Assembly: GCA_030141605.1 (NCBI GenBank)
Contig: JAQGDQ010000565.1
Location: forward strand, 62,001-126,000
Reading direction: 5' to 3'
DNA length: 64,000 bases
DNA from: Tubiluchus corallicola
Taxonomy: Eukaryota; Animalia; Priapulida
Made by a program: the position numbers and the translations under genes. Under the pieces are notes generated by a model, which saw nothing but the letters and a program-made list of their open reading frames with translations, was not told the DNA's origin and did no database searches. Shown here piece by piece: positions 11,803 through 24,204 of the stretch. The stretch's first letter is position 1. The number at the start of each line of letters is the position of its first letter.

Positions 11803-13430
11803 TAATCACTTCGTTCGTTATTTCTTTGTTGTAATCACTTCGTTCGTTATTTCGTTGTTGTAATCACTTCGTTCGTTATTTCGTTGTTGTAATCACTTTG
11901 TTCGTTATTTCGTTGTTGTAATCACTTCGTTCGTTATTTCGTTGTTGTAATCACTTCGTTCGTTAGTTCGTTGTTGTAATCACTTTGTTCGTTATTTCGT
12001 TGTTGTAATCATTTCGTTCGTTATTTCGTTGTTGTAATCACTTTGTTCGTTATTTCGTTGTTGTAATCACTTCGTTCGTTATTTCGTTGTTGCAATCACT
12101 TCGTTCGTTATTTCGTTGTTGTAATCATTTCGTTGTTGTAATCACTTTGTTCGTTATTTCGTTGTTGTAATCACTTTGTTCGTTATTTCGTTGTTGTAAT
12201 CACTTCGTTCGTTATTTCGTTGTTGTAATCACTTTGTTCGTTATTTCGTTGTTGTAATCACTTTGTTCGTTATTTCGTTGTTGTAATCACTTTGTTCATT
12301 ACTTCGTTGTTGTAATCACTTTGTTCGTTATTTCGTTGTTGTAATCACTTTGTTCGTTATTTCGTTGTTGTAATCACTTTGTTCATTACTTCGTTGTTGT
12401 AATCACTTTGTTCGTTATTTCGTTGTTGTAATCACTTCGTTCGTTATTTCGTTGTTGCAATCACTTCGTTCGTTATTTCGTTGTTGTAATCATTTCGTTG
12501 TTGTAATCACTTTGTTCGTTATTTCGTTGTTGTAATCACTTTGTTCGTTATTTCGTTGTTGTAATCACTTCGTTCGTTATTTCGTTGTTGTAATCACTTT
12601 GTTCGTTATTTCGTTGTTGTAATCACTTTGTTCGTTATTTCGTTGTTGTAATCACTTTGTTCATTACTTCGTTGTTGTAATCACTTTGTTCGTTATTTCG
12701 TTGTTGTAATCATTTCGTTCGTTATTTCGTTGTTGTAATCACTTCGTTCGTTATTTCGTTGTTGTAATCACTTCGTTCGTTATTTCGTTGTTGCAATCAC
12801 TTCGTTCGTTATTTCGTTGTTGTAATCATTTCGTTGTTGTAATCACTTTGTTCGTTATTTCGTTGTTGTAATCACTTTGTTCGTTATTTCGTTGTTGTAA
12901 TCACTTCGTTCGTTATTTCGTTGTTGTAATCACTTTGTTCGTTATTTCGTTGTTGTAATCACTTTGTTCGTTATTTCGTTGTTGTAATCACTTTGTTCAT
13001 TACTTCGTTGTTGTAATCACTTTGTTCATTATTTCGTTGTTGTAATCACTTTGTTCGTTATTTCGTTGTTGCAATCACTTCGTTCGTTATTTCGTTGTTC
13101 TAATCACTTCGTTCGTTATTTCGTTGTTGTAATCACTTTGTTCGTTATTTCGTTGTTGTAATCACTTTGTTCGTTATTTCGTTGTTGTAATCATTTCGTT
13201 GTTGTAATCACTTTGTTCGTTATTTCGTTGTTGTAATCACTTCGTTCGTTATTTCGTTGTTGTAATCACTTTGTTCATTATTTCGTTGTTGTAATCACTT
13301 TGTTCGTTATTTCGTTGTTGTAATCATTTCGTTCGTTATTTCGTTGTTGTAATCACTTCGTTCGTTATTTCGTTCTTGTAATCACTTCGTTCGTTATTTC
13401 GTTCTTGTAATCACTTTGTTCGTTATTTCG
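11803..13430. repeat. 29-bp satellite array, about 55 copies
   Basis: Unit taatcactt(c/t)gttcgttatttcgttgttg. Confidence 0.97.
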
Positions 13431-14189
13431 ACCTCTGTTTTTATTTGTGTGACCATTTAGGCTCATCGTTACCGATAGCCTACTGTTTTAATTTGGACTA
13501 ACTCATTGCATGTGACGTATTCTTAATATGCATTATCCCTGTTGATCAATAAATTCAATTCAATTCAATTCATCTTATCACCATCACTTTAAAGAATAAT
13601 TACTGAAAATTTCGGTTTTTGGTAAAAGCTTTATCTTGGACTACTGTAACAAGAGGTGGAAAAAAGTAAAACAGCAAGAGTTGGATGAACTGATAAGGGA
13701 AGATATTTTCACTATTATCGTTAACTGTTACGCGTGAGAAGAGTGATGTGCGTGAGAGCCTGCTGCGTGTGTCGAGGGTCATTGGCTTTAGTCATTTAAT
13801 CACCAACACTGTGGCAGGACCGGAAATTTTACAATACCTATGTAAAAATAGAAAACAGCACGATTTGATATCAGTGTAGACAACAACATCAACAACATTA
13901 ATTTATTAACATACTGAGCTAAGTTCTTAGTAACTAGGAACACTTATTTACTATCTGTGTTTTAATAAACGAAACGAAAGTATAGAATCTATACCACCAA
14001 AACTCACGTCATCTCATCGCATCATTTTAAAAATAATTTCTGAAGTTTCGATTTTTGATAAAAACTTTACAGATTGCAAAACGTGAAACACGAAAACAGT
14101 AAAGAGGACCTGTTAAAAGCTATGTTAAAAGCTTTAGATTATGAAAGATAATTATGTTGATGAATGCTGGCATGAAGCCCAGTTGAGGT

Positions 14190-14460
14190 GTGGTGTCACG
14201 TGAGCAAGTGATTCAGAACCGAAGCGTAGGCGTCGATGCGTCGAAGCTCGGCGCACGATATATAATCAGCTCAGGGGATTGAGTCTGGGAGTTGAGGGAG
14301 AGCAAGCTAGATCAGGCGGCTTGGCATTACTATCTGTTATATTGTGTTTGATGTTCAATAAACGTGTAGTTTTATAATCTGACTCTTCATAGTTTTGCCA
14401 TCCCTAAAACACCAATAATCAGCTTCACACTACCAATACAACGAATTATTTTACTGAGAT
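14190..14460 (+). mobile_element. Dispersed LTR-like repeat, related to 25892-26250
   Basis: Both copies start tgtggy.tcacgtga and share ggcattactatc...aataaa.gtgtagttt...atagttt(t)gccat. The upstream flank 14095-14192 recurs at 53985-54077. Confidence 0.45.
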
Positions 14461-14496
14461 TTGGATAATTTACAAGGCCTAGTATACAGCATACAC

Positions 14497-14803
14497 CGTT
14501 TTATCGCGTTCACACGCGCGAATAACTACTTATAAAAAGGGCAACTGTACATGAGCCTATTTTAGTCTCCAATGCAAGTAGTATTTGAGTTATAGTTTCA
14601 GAAATAGATTCAAACACATGTCCAGTATGAAACACAATACTTGCAGCTTCGTTTTATCGCGTTCAGACGCACGAATAACTGCTTATAAAAAGGGCAACTG
14701 TACATGAGCCTATTTTAGTCTCCAATGCAAGTACTATTTGAGTTATAGTTTCAGAAATAGATTCAAACACATGTCTAGTATGAAACACAATACTTGCAGC
14801 TTC
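14497..14803 (+). promoter_or_regulatory. 153-bp tandem duplication with a TATAAAA in each copy, upstream of the pentraxin ATG
   Basis: TATAAAAAGG at 14531 and 14684. Promoter function is inferred from position only. Confidence 0.35.
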
Positions 14804-14865
14804 CTTTGCCAACTTGGCTTTCCAGCGAGGTAGGATAGACACTTGTGTTCTCTTCACAGCCAAAC

Positions 14866-17800
14866 ATGATGGATCTTGTCAAAGCGTTGATCGCGATGCT
14901 CTGTTTAGGTAAGTTAGGTGAAGTTGTAAGGCATGTCAATAGATTTACTAACATGTCGTCATTTACATACAATCGTCACCTAACATGTGGGTAACGCAAA
15001 ACATCAGTTCAGTAACTTCACTTGTTTCATGTGGACTTAATTATGCATTAGCCAGGGATTAGATTAATTTACTACCAGGATCTTGCTTGGAAACAATAAA
15101 AAAAGACCCCAGTAAGGCTCTAGCTAGCTATTAAAACTGTTACTAGTGCAATAGCATGGGCTGCGAGGCATTTTCAAGTGTACACAAATGCGTTGTCTGG
15201 CACGCTCAACCTTTGACCTTTCCACGATCATCATCAATCGCTTGAACTGCGAAAAGGCTTTTTAGCGGTTAATAGTGCATTAATTATCATTGCAGCTTCA
15301 GCAACCGCACACAACTGCTATCAGTCAGAGTACTTCGAGTTACTCACCACCCGAAATCAAGTAACAGATTACTACATCGGATACGATGCTCTGCCATCAC
15401 TGGAGGCCATCACAGCCTGTGCTTGGTTCAGGACTACAGCTACAACAAATACAATGTCCATCATCTCATATGCCATATCTGATGAGGAGGATAACGAATT
15501 GTGGATGGGTTTGGAAGGATCAACTCTGAGTTGGTATTTTGGGAAGGAGCACGGGTATGGGTCAGCCGGCTTGAAAGTAACTTTAAAACACCTTTTTGCC
15601 CGGCTTGTAAAGTCCGCGGTGTACCTTTCATCTGCCAGGCCATTTGCCCATCCATCCATCCATCCATCCATCCATCCATCCATCCATCCATCCATCCATC
15701 CATCCATTAATGCATCCATCCGTCTGTCTATCAGTCTAGGTGTTCTTTTCCCGTTTCCCTAGCTTAAACTCAAAGTCAACATTAATGTCTTTCTCTCTCA
15801 GAGTACGTACATCTCAGTGTGCCTCTGTCGTTTGTGTATCAGCTGATACTCTGATGATGGCGACGATGGTGATTATGACGACGATGATCATGACGATTAT
15901 AATAGTGACAACGCTGACCGTGTTCATGACAACGACAATGACAATAGTAATGATGCTAGTGGTGGTGGTGATGGTGATGATGATGCTGCTGATGATGATG
16001 ATCATGATGGTGATGATGATAGTCCACACTATGTTATGCTGTAAAATTATTAAGGGTTTGAATAGATCACTACTCCGGAGAGTCCACTACATTGGATATT
16101 GAGCCAATTGATGATTGAGCTGGCTGTGTTTTATTCTAGTACATCGCAAAGCGTATCAGTTCGCGACGGCAGGTGGCACTACATATGCGGAACTTGGCAG
16201 AATCGCAGAGGACAGTGGGCTATTTATGCGGACGGAAGTGAAGTCGGAAGTGGAACTGGAGCTCTTGATTACTCTTCCACTATTAGAGTATGGCTTCTAT
16301 TATATGCTTGTTTGATGACAGTTAATGAGATTGCCAGAAACAACATCAGTAAGATTAACATTAAACATTGGAGCACTAAAGTCAGAATCAGAAGACTAAG
16401 ATGGGTAGGACATTTAATGAGATTAGCAGAAACAACATCAGTAAGATTAGCATTAAACATTGGAACACTAAAATCAGAATCAGCAGACTAAGATGAGTAG
16501 GACATTTAATGAGATTAGCAGAAACAACATCAGTAAGATTAGCATTAAACATTGGAGCACTTAAATCAGAAGACTAAGATGGGTAGGCATTTAATGAGGT
16601 TGCCAGAAACAACACCAGTAAGATTAGCATTAAACATTGGAGCACTAAAATCAGAATCAGAAGACTAAGATGGGTGGGACATTTAATGAGATTGTCAGAA
16701 ACAACACCAGTAAGATTAACATTAAACATTGGAGCACTAAAGTCAGAATCAGAAGACTAAGATGGGTAGGCATTTAATGAGGTTGCCAGAAACAACACCA
16801 GTAAGATTAGCATTAAATATTGTAGCACTAAAGTCAGAATCAGAAGACTAAGATGGGTAGGACATTTAATGAGATTGCAGAAACAACACCAGTAAGATTA
16901 GCATTAAACATTGGAGCACTAAAGTCAGAATCAGAAGACTAAGATGGGTAGGACATTTAATGAGATTACCAGAAACAACACCAGTAAGATTAGCATTAAA
17001 CATTGGAGCACTAAAGTCAGAATCAGAAGACTAAGATGGGTAGGACATTTAATGAGATTGCAGAAACAACACCAGTAAGATTAGCATTAAACATTGGAGC
17101 ACTAAAATTAGAAGACTAAGATGGGTAGGACATTTAACGAGATCACCGGAAACAACATCAGTAAGATTAGCACTAATCGAGGCACTGAAACTTACTAAAC
17201 GACCTCCAAGCAAAACCAAAAACAACTTGGATATTTAGAATTACAACAGCTGAAACCAAACTTAACAATAGCTTCACAGGAATTGAAAATTTTAGCTGCA
17301 GGCAGGAAGTGGTGGAGTGCTCTAATAAAGGATAGAGGCTCTATGTCTACAATAGAGGTTTAAAGCAGCAGAAAAAGAAGTGTTAAATATAACAAACGAT
17401 TTTAATGCACTAAATACGTTTCTTGTTGCAGTGTAATCAAGGCTGTTAGGTTACGAGCCAGAAAAACTTGTTGTTTTTCTTGTCATCAATTATATATAAA
17501 CTATTTATTTTAAGTGGATTGACATACAGTAATATTACTGATCGGAGTTTTTTCACTGCGTAACAAATACGTTTTAGTTGAGAACAGATGTGTATACAAG
17601 TGGTTATTAAAAATGTAGTTACATAGATAGTTAGTTCAAAAACACAAGTAATTCATTCGTTAAAACTTAAAATTGAAATATACGAAGCCCACAGAGTACA
17701 GAAGTGATACCAGAAACAATTAACAATGTACATCATCCTATAACTTATACAAAGGCATGATTTTTCAATAACTGGTGTTTAATTTAAAAGTCCAAAATTC

Positions 17801-19899
17801 GAAATCTTGTCATCTGAAAGTAGGAATTAGACCTTGAACTACAGTAGGTGTTTTTCTATTAAAGCCGTAGCCTCTCCCGGACATCTGTGGGTACAGGTGA
17901 CAATTTTTGGTTGAGTTTTCCGTCTCGCGGTCTTTCGTAGGCCTAACAAAGACAAGTTCACGCATGCCACATCAGTCTTAACAATGCCATTAAATCTTTT
18001 TCCAGCAAACATTTGGTCAAGCGCAGTGGCGGCTCGTAGCTAAAATTACTGGGGGTGCTACTTCAGAAAATTGTTAGCCTTTGTTTTAATACTGGGTAAA
18101 TCGAAACAAACATAAAATTAGGCAATTTTAGTGCTAAACAAAAAATATTGTTTGCTTACTAATATTCTAAACTATCTTAATTGATTCATTCACGGGTAAA
18201 CACGTGACAACTGACAACAAGCTGTGGCGCATGCGCACAACAGCCAAACACTGTGTTGCTGGAGCCCACTGTGCTGGGCTGTGAAGCAAGCAGTACTACC
18301 CTCACGTGCTCTGGTTCCGTGCAAGTATAAAGAAAGAACTAAAGAAAAAAGACTTATTATATTGAATATTATCCATAATATTGAGTGAAAATGGGGGTGC
18401 TGCAGTTCCACAGCCACTGCAGTCAAGCGTTTTCATTCGATACAAACATCAGTTAACGTGCTGACCAAAAAATTCTTTTTTCCGAAATACAATTTTTAAA
18501 ATTCGGTTTTATTTGCATTGAGTAGAAGAGAGTTCAATGCATGATTAAAGGTATGACTAGGAATTGATATGAAAAATCATACAGACAACATTGAAGTTAA
18601 TTAATGATAACTTATATTGTTAGAGCGTTTAACAGGTGGCAGCACTGTGCCAGAAACTGAAAACTAAATCAAAACCAAAGAAGGTCTTTGCACCCACTAC
18701 AACTTCATTTTACTGCTTGGCTAAGTGCAACCGCGCTGTGAAGCCAGTACATCTAATAAAAGTTATTCTGCATAATTTTTCAGTTATTCTGACTCCATTT
18801 AGTGCTGTTCCGATAGATCGGTTGCCGATTTTGAGAAAAATAAAATATCGGCATCGATTTCGAGGAGAATAAAAAATCAGCATCGGTTTGGCATCGATTT
18901 CGAGGAAAACAAAAAATCGGTATCAGTTCGGTATCGGTCTCGGGAAAAATAAAAAATTGGTTTTGGCTCAGTATTGATTTCGAAGAAAATAAAAAATCGG
19001 TATCAGTTTGGTATCGCTCTCGAGGAAAATAAAATATCCGTATCAATTTGGTATCGGTCTCGAGGAAAATAAAAAATCGGTATCAGTTTGGTATCGGTCT
19101 CGAGGAAAATAAAATATCGGTATCAGTTTGGTATCGGTCTCGAGGAAAATAAAAAATCGGTATCAGTTTGGTATCGGTCTCGAGGAAAATAAAATATCGG
19201 TATCAGTTTGGTATCGGGCTCGAGGAAAATAAAAAAATAGGTATCAGTTTGGTATCGGTCTCGAGGAAAATAAAATATCGGTATCAGTTTGGTATCGGTC
19301 TCGGGGAAAATAAAAATCGGTATCAGTTTGGTATCGGTCTCGAGGAAAATAAAATATCGGTATCAGTTTGGTATCAGTCTCGAGGAAAATAAAAATCGGT
19401 ATCAGTTCGGTATCGGTCTCGAGGAAAATAAAAAAATCGGTATCGTTTTCTTCATGTTTGGAACAATACTGATTCTGTTGGGCACCAAAATGCCACTCCT
19501 GTAATCCCATTTACAGACAGAGGAGAAAACGGACGTTTAGATACGATCAATTCAACCGATGTTTCACTTCCGCTTAGCCTCACAACTGCATTGCGTTTTA
19601 TTCAATTCGTTTTTTAGGGCGGAGGAGTTCTTGTCATTGGTCAAGATCAAGACAGTTTGGGAGGCGATTTCGACTCAGAGCAGAGCTTTGTTGGAGGTCT
19701 CACTGATGTGAACATCTTGAATAGAGTCATTTCTCCCTACGAACTCGGTGTTCTGTCGACAGGCTGCGCTGTTGATCAAGGATACGTGTTCAGATGGGAT
19801 GACGTCAGAGGAGGTCTGCGTGGAAATATACAGGTGCTGCCATCTGGCCAGCGTTTTCCCAGATGTAACCGACCCAACGGCAATCCGACTAACGTTTAA
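14866..19899 (+). CDS. Secreted short pentraxin (CRP/SAP-like), about 243 aa; exons 14866-14908, 15296-15554, 16140-16287, 19618-19899
   Basis: Signal peptide [19 protein letters not shown]. Motifs [15 protein letters not shown]...DNE, pentraxin signature WHYICGTW and Ca-binding [23 protein letters not shown] introns with phases 1,2,0; 732 nt total. Confidence 0.92.
15649..16020. repeat. (CCAT)n and (GAT)n-type microsatellites in pentraxin intron 2
   Basis: Visible runs. Confidence 0.9.
16320..17390 (+). mobile_element. RTE-like LINE 3' remnant with an internal ~92-bp tandem amplification (about 9 copies)
   Basis: Unit translates [13 protein letters not shown] (RRLRWxGHxxRM motif). The unique tail gives KRPP..KTTW and [12 protein letters not shown]. 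Confidence 0.7.
18024..18421 (+). mobile_element. hAT-like MITE, 8-bp TSD GTCAAGCG
   Basis: Ends cagtggcgg...cagccactg(ca); gtcaagcg at 18016-18023 and 18422-18429. A related inverted copy lies at 36280-37223. Confidence 0.75.
18800..19445. repeat. 40-41-bp minisatellite
   Basis: Unit ggtatcagtttggtatcggtctcgaggaaaataaaa(a/t)atc; related sequence at about 6400-6530. Confidence 0.92.
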
Positions 19900-20305
19900 A
19901 GGAAAGCCGGACGATTGTTTAGATCAATCTCATTTTAATTTACTGTCCAGAATATACATTTTCTTCCTATAAAAGTTAGCAATTGTTTCTTATATTTCAG
20001 TAGTTAGCTTAGAAAGATAATTAACGGCACCCGAATACAGATATGGCTTACGTCAGAAACTAAGCACAGTTTGTGCAATGACAGGCGTCTTCCCTTGCGC
20101 GTCAAACACGTTTGCAGTACTGTTTAAATGCATGATGTCTCGAAAAATGGGGTTTGCGTCATATGACGTCAGAAACTAACACTGCAATTCATGATCATGG
20201 TTATCACAGACCGCCTTCTGTTTGTCGGCCACACGAAGGTGACAAAAAGGCGCCGTTGCCAATCTTAGTAGATTCACTGAGCCGCGCGTAGCTTTGAAAG
20301 TTTTC
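19900..20305 (+). mobile_element. Kolobok-like (TTAA|AGG) non-autonomous element, inverted homolog of 34676-35233
   Basis: Starts TTAA|AGGAAAGCCGGACGATTGT; about 400 bp align inverted to 34810-35233. Confidence 0.6.
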
Positions 20306-20614
20306 TAAAAAGTTAGAGGAACTAAGTGCTTAAATTAGTTTCTTTTGTTACGGAAAAACTTGGAACTGAAATTATTTGTTTTTCTTGCTAGATAGCTAGG
20401 AACTGAAAATGGAAATAGTTCCTTTTCTAAAAAGTTTGAGGAACTAGGGGCTTAAATTAGTCTCTTTGTCACAGAAGAACGTGGAATTGCAATTAGTTTT
20501 TTTCCCTACCAAAGAGCTAGGAATTTGAACTGGTTTCTAAAAGTGAGAACATTTTACACACACAGTGGCAACAGACGGTACTTTGCATTGGGGGTAATTA
20601 TACTGATGAAATGA

Positions 20615-20990
20615 TAAGACAGTAGTTTCGTTGTGCGCACGCGTAGTTGCTGTAGGTCAAAGGTTAAGTGTACCACAGCAACGCGTCTTAACTACAACCT
20701 ACACGTGACGTGTGGGTAACGCAAAACATCAGTTCAGTGCCTTCAGTTGTTTTACGTGAACTTTACTTAATTATGCATTAGTCTGCTCATTGAGTGATTT
20801 ACTACCAGAATCTTGCTTGGGAACAAGAAAAATGAACTAGGTAAGGTTCTAGCTAGCTGTTAAAACTGTTACTATTACAATAGTATGCGCTGAGAAGCAT
20901 TGTCAAGTGTACACAAATGTGTTGTCTGGTTCACTTAACCTTTGATCTTTTCACATCATCATCAACCACTGGAACTGTGAAAAGGCTTAT
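20615..20990 (+). mobile_element. MITE family copy (terminus ...actgtgaaaaggctta); other copies about 14980-15262, 22888-23292 (inverted), 39300-39610
   Basis: Shared core aattatgcattag...tctagctagct.ttaaaactgttact...caagtgtacacaaatg. Confidence 0.75.
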
Positions 20991-22887
20991 AGACAAGCTT
21001 ATTATTTACATAAATCCGGCATGTAGCACCTCTTGAATTGATTGAAATTAGTATAGATGGCGCTTTGTTTTCACGTGTTTAACACGTGTTTAACGAATAT
21101 GACTTCAATATAGGCAGGCAGTTGATGTAGTTTTTTTTTATTTATTTAAAGTTTTGTAGATTACAAATAAATTTTAAAATTTCAGACTGTTTTCAAATTT
21201 ACACGTTATTACATGTTTTGATTAGTTGAGAATTTACTGTTGACGAAAAATCAAGCCATCGATTACGCATGCGCCATTCGTGCCTAGTTTTTCCAAAAAA
21301 TCTTCTGTAAATGAAGGGAACCGGAAGTTCTCTATCATCTTACACTGTTAAAGGAGAAGAAAAGAGGCACCTGAAGTAGGTTTCAAAAAAATTGCCTTAA
21401 CAATTACCCCAGCAGCCGATCTGCGCTTTTTCCTGTCAATAGATGGCAGCACGTGCTTTATTACATAAACTTGGTTGAAGAAGATTCCGTCAAATTCAGT
21501 TTGCAAAAAAATAATGGCTAAGCTATCGTTCACAAAATAGTAAACTTATTTTGTCTACATTATATTATATTACTTTATAGCATTTTTATGCATATATGGC
21601 CCTCGCGTTAAAAGGAATTTTTGTTCGTTTTCATTTTAAATCTCCCTCAATACTGTTCCAACCGGGCCATGACATGACGTCATATACGCACAACGTAAAT
21701 CAGGGGAAGAAAAGGAAATGTTAAATTATGTACCAAAATACTTTCCATGCAAATCTATATTAGTTGGCATTTCGCTTACCTGCTAGAAAGACTCATGTAA
21801 CTAGGAATCATAAATTAAAATATTCATGCAAATTGGTAAAATGTCACTAACTCACCTCCAGGGTGCACCACTTGTTATCCAAAAAACGTATTTTTAATCT
21901 TATTGAGAAGATACGATAATTTAAAATTTTATTTAATTAATAACATGCGCGCTACGAATGCTCTGATTAGTTTTTCAATCTCGATGATTATTTTTACTCG
22001 ATGTTTTCTAAACTTGTTTCAAAAGACTTATCGTCAAAATGGCAGCATCTAACGGTCATCGAGGGAGTTTAAATTTACAAGTTTTATACAGCGTTACTGC
22101 CGACGCAAGCCCTGTATGCAAAAAGCCAGTACGTAAGTAGTATAACGTTTCAAGACGAATTTTTTAACCTTTATGTAAGTGGAGAGCTTTTTGTGCTTTA
22201 ATGCTGTGAAAATTCTTGCCATGGTTTGCATTTTCGTAAATATGAATTTAAGTCAGTTTTGCGTTTTTGTACAGTAGTTGCAGTTGCAGACCAGTTACTA
22301 AACAAAATAACTTTGCTAGTTTGTGAACGATAGCTTAGCCATTATTTTTTTTGCAAACTAAATGGACGAAATCCTTTTTAACCAAGTTTATGTATTAAAG
22401 CACGTGCTGCCATCTATCGACAGGAAAAAGCACAAATCGGCTGCTGGGGTTATTGGTTCAACTTTTGAATGCATTTTATACACAGCAAACGAAGCGTGGG
22501 ATTACCGTTCAGCAGGGGGGCCGAGTGTTCACAGTGTGTACCTGGTTACAAAGTTATGCACTGCTGATCCTGCTTGGAAAATGGGTGAGGGATCTGGAAA
22601 ACTGCTTCAGGTTGATTCTGCTGCCAGCCATTTCTCCCAGTGATACAAGACGTGTACGCATTTGTGCAAAACAAAAACACCACTGCCGATACAAGCGACT
22701 GGTCTTACAAATTAGATTCCGGTCCAGCCTCATTCAACTAGGGAGATTCTTAACAACACAGATTTCACAACACAGACGATATCTTATTTTATGGGGGCGA
22801 GCATTCTCTAACAGAAAGCAAATTCAAATCGAATCGAATTCAGTTTAAAACTTATAAAAGGCATTTGTCTCACAAAGATAATGTAAG

Positions 22888-23292
22888 TAAGCCTTTTCAC
22901 AGTTCCAACGATTGATGATGATCGTGAAAATGTCAAGGGTTATGCTCACAAGACAACGCATTTGTGTACACTTGACAGCGCCTCGCAGTAGGTGCTGTTG
23001 TAATAGTAACAGTTTTAACGGCTAGCTAGAACCTTACATAGTTCTTTTTTTCTTGTTCCCAAGCAACATCCTGCTAGTAAGTCAATCTACGGATAGACTT
23101 AATGCATTGTTAAGTAAAAACCACGTAAAAAAACTGAAGTTACTGAGCGGATGCGGCAGACGGCACTGAACTGATGTTTTGCGGAACCCACATGTCACGG
23201 AACGATTGTAGTTAAGATGTGTTGCTGTAGTACACTTAACCTTTGATCTACAGCAACTGCGCGTGCGCGCAACGAAACTGTGAAAAGGTTTA
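22888..23292 (-). mobile_element. Full-length MITE with TIRs taagccttttcacagtt...aactgtgaaaaggttta
   Basis: Both TIRs are visible; the internal sequence is the reverse complement of 20615-20990. Confidence 0.75.
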
Positions 23293-23539
23293 TTAGTTGA
23301 TTTTGTCATGCAATAAAAATTCTAATAATTTCTTTAAAAACTGCGAACAGAAATCTGCTGACTGTATGCTGTTTCAAACCTTTGAATGCGACTGTACATC
23401 CCTACTATACATTGAAACTTGAAATGAATCAACTCACACCTGTATACTCTATTCTCTGTACACCTGTCGTTCTCATTTTCGTACATACCTTGTCACAGTG
23501 TACGTGTAGTTGTGGTTTTCGAACTATATCTTACTGACG

Positions 23540-23645
23540 TATCAAAACAGGCTATACATTTATGGAACTTACTACCCAGTGAAATAAAACAAATAGAATC
23601 TCTCCACCACTTTAAAAAGAAATTAAAAGAATATCAATATAACAG
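23540..23645 (+). mobile_element. CR1/L2-type LINE 3' end fragment
   Basis: AIHLWNLLPSEIKQIESLHHFKKKLK matches the WNxLP...FKxxLK C-terminal motif. Confidence 0.65.
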
Positions 23646-24204
23646 GTTTCAACTTCCACATTGTGCATCTGATACTAATTACACAGACTCCAGACTCCAC
23701 TTTCATCTACCCCCGCCCCTGATATCGATTAAAAATGAAATTTTTTTTAAAAAAATTATGTAATGTAATACGTGTTATGTTAGTTTTGTAATGTCAAATG
23801 TATAAATAGTGTAAATGTAATGAGTGAAATTTATGTAATGTAAAGCATGTTTCTGTTGTGTCATGTCAAATGTATATATAGTGTAAAATACGTCATGTAA
23901 AATTTAATGTACTTTCGTAAAATTGTTTTGTAAAAATATTTTAATATGGTGTTTGTAAATATGTTCATTTATTGTATATAGTTTTGCACTTTAGTTTTTT
24001 TAGTATGCACTGGACGCATTTGTCTTGAACAGTGTGGTTATTTTAACATTACGCCGAGGCTTACTCAATTTTATTATAATGAGTGAACCATTTTTTATGA
24101 CAAATAAAGAATTAATATAAAAAATGTGATGTTTAACTAAGGCCACTAAAATGGTAAGTAGCCAGAAATGACTCTTACTAGTAGCCAGAAATACTTTTAC
24201 TACT

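Noticed and set aside
13600-13838. Candidate first exon of the POMK-like gene
   Set aside because: No phase-1 donor; 9063-8967 supplies the ATG, TM segment and correct phase.
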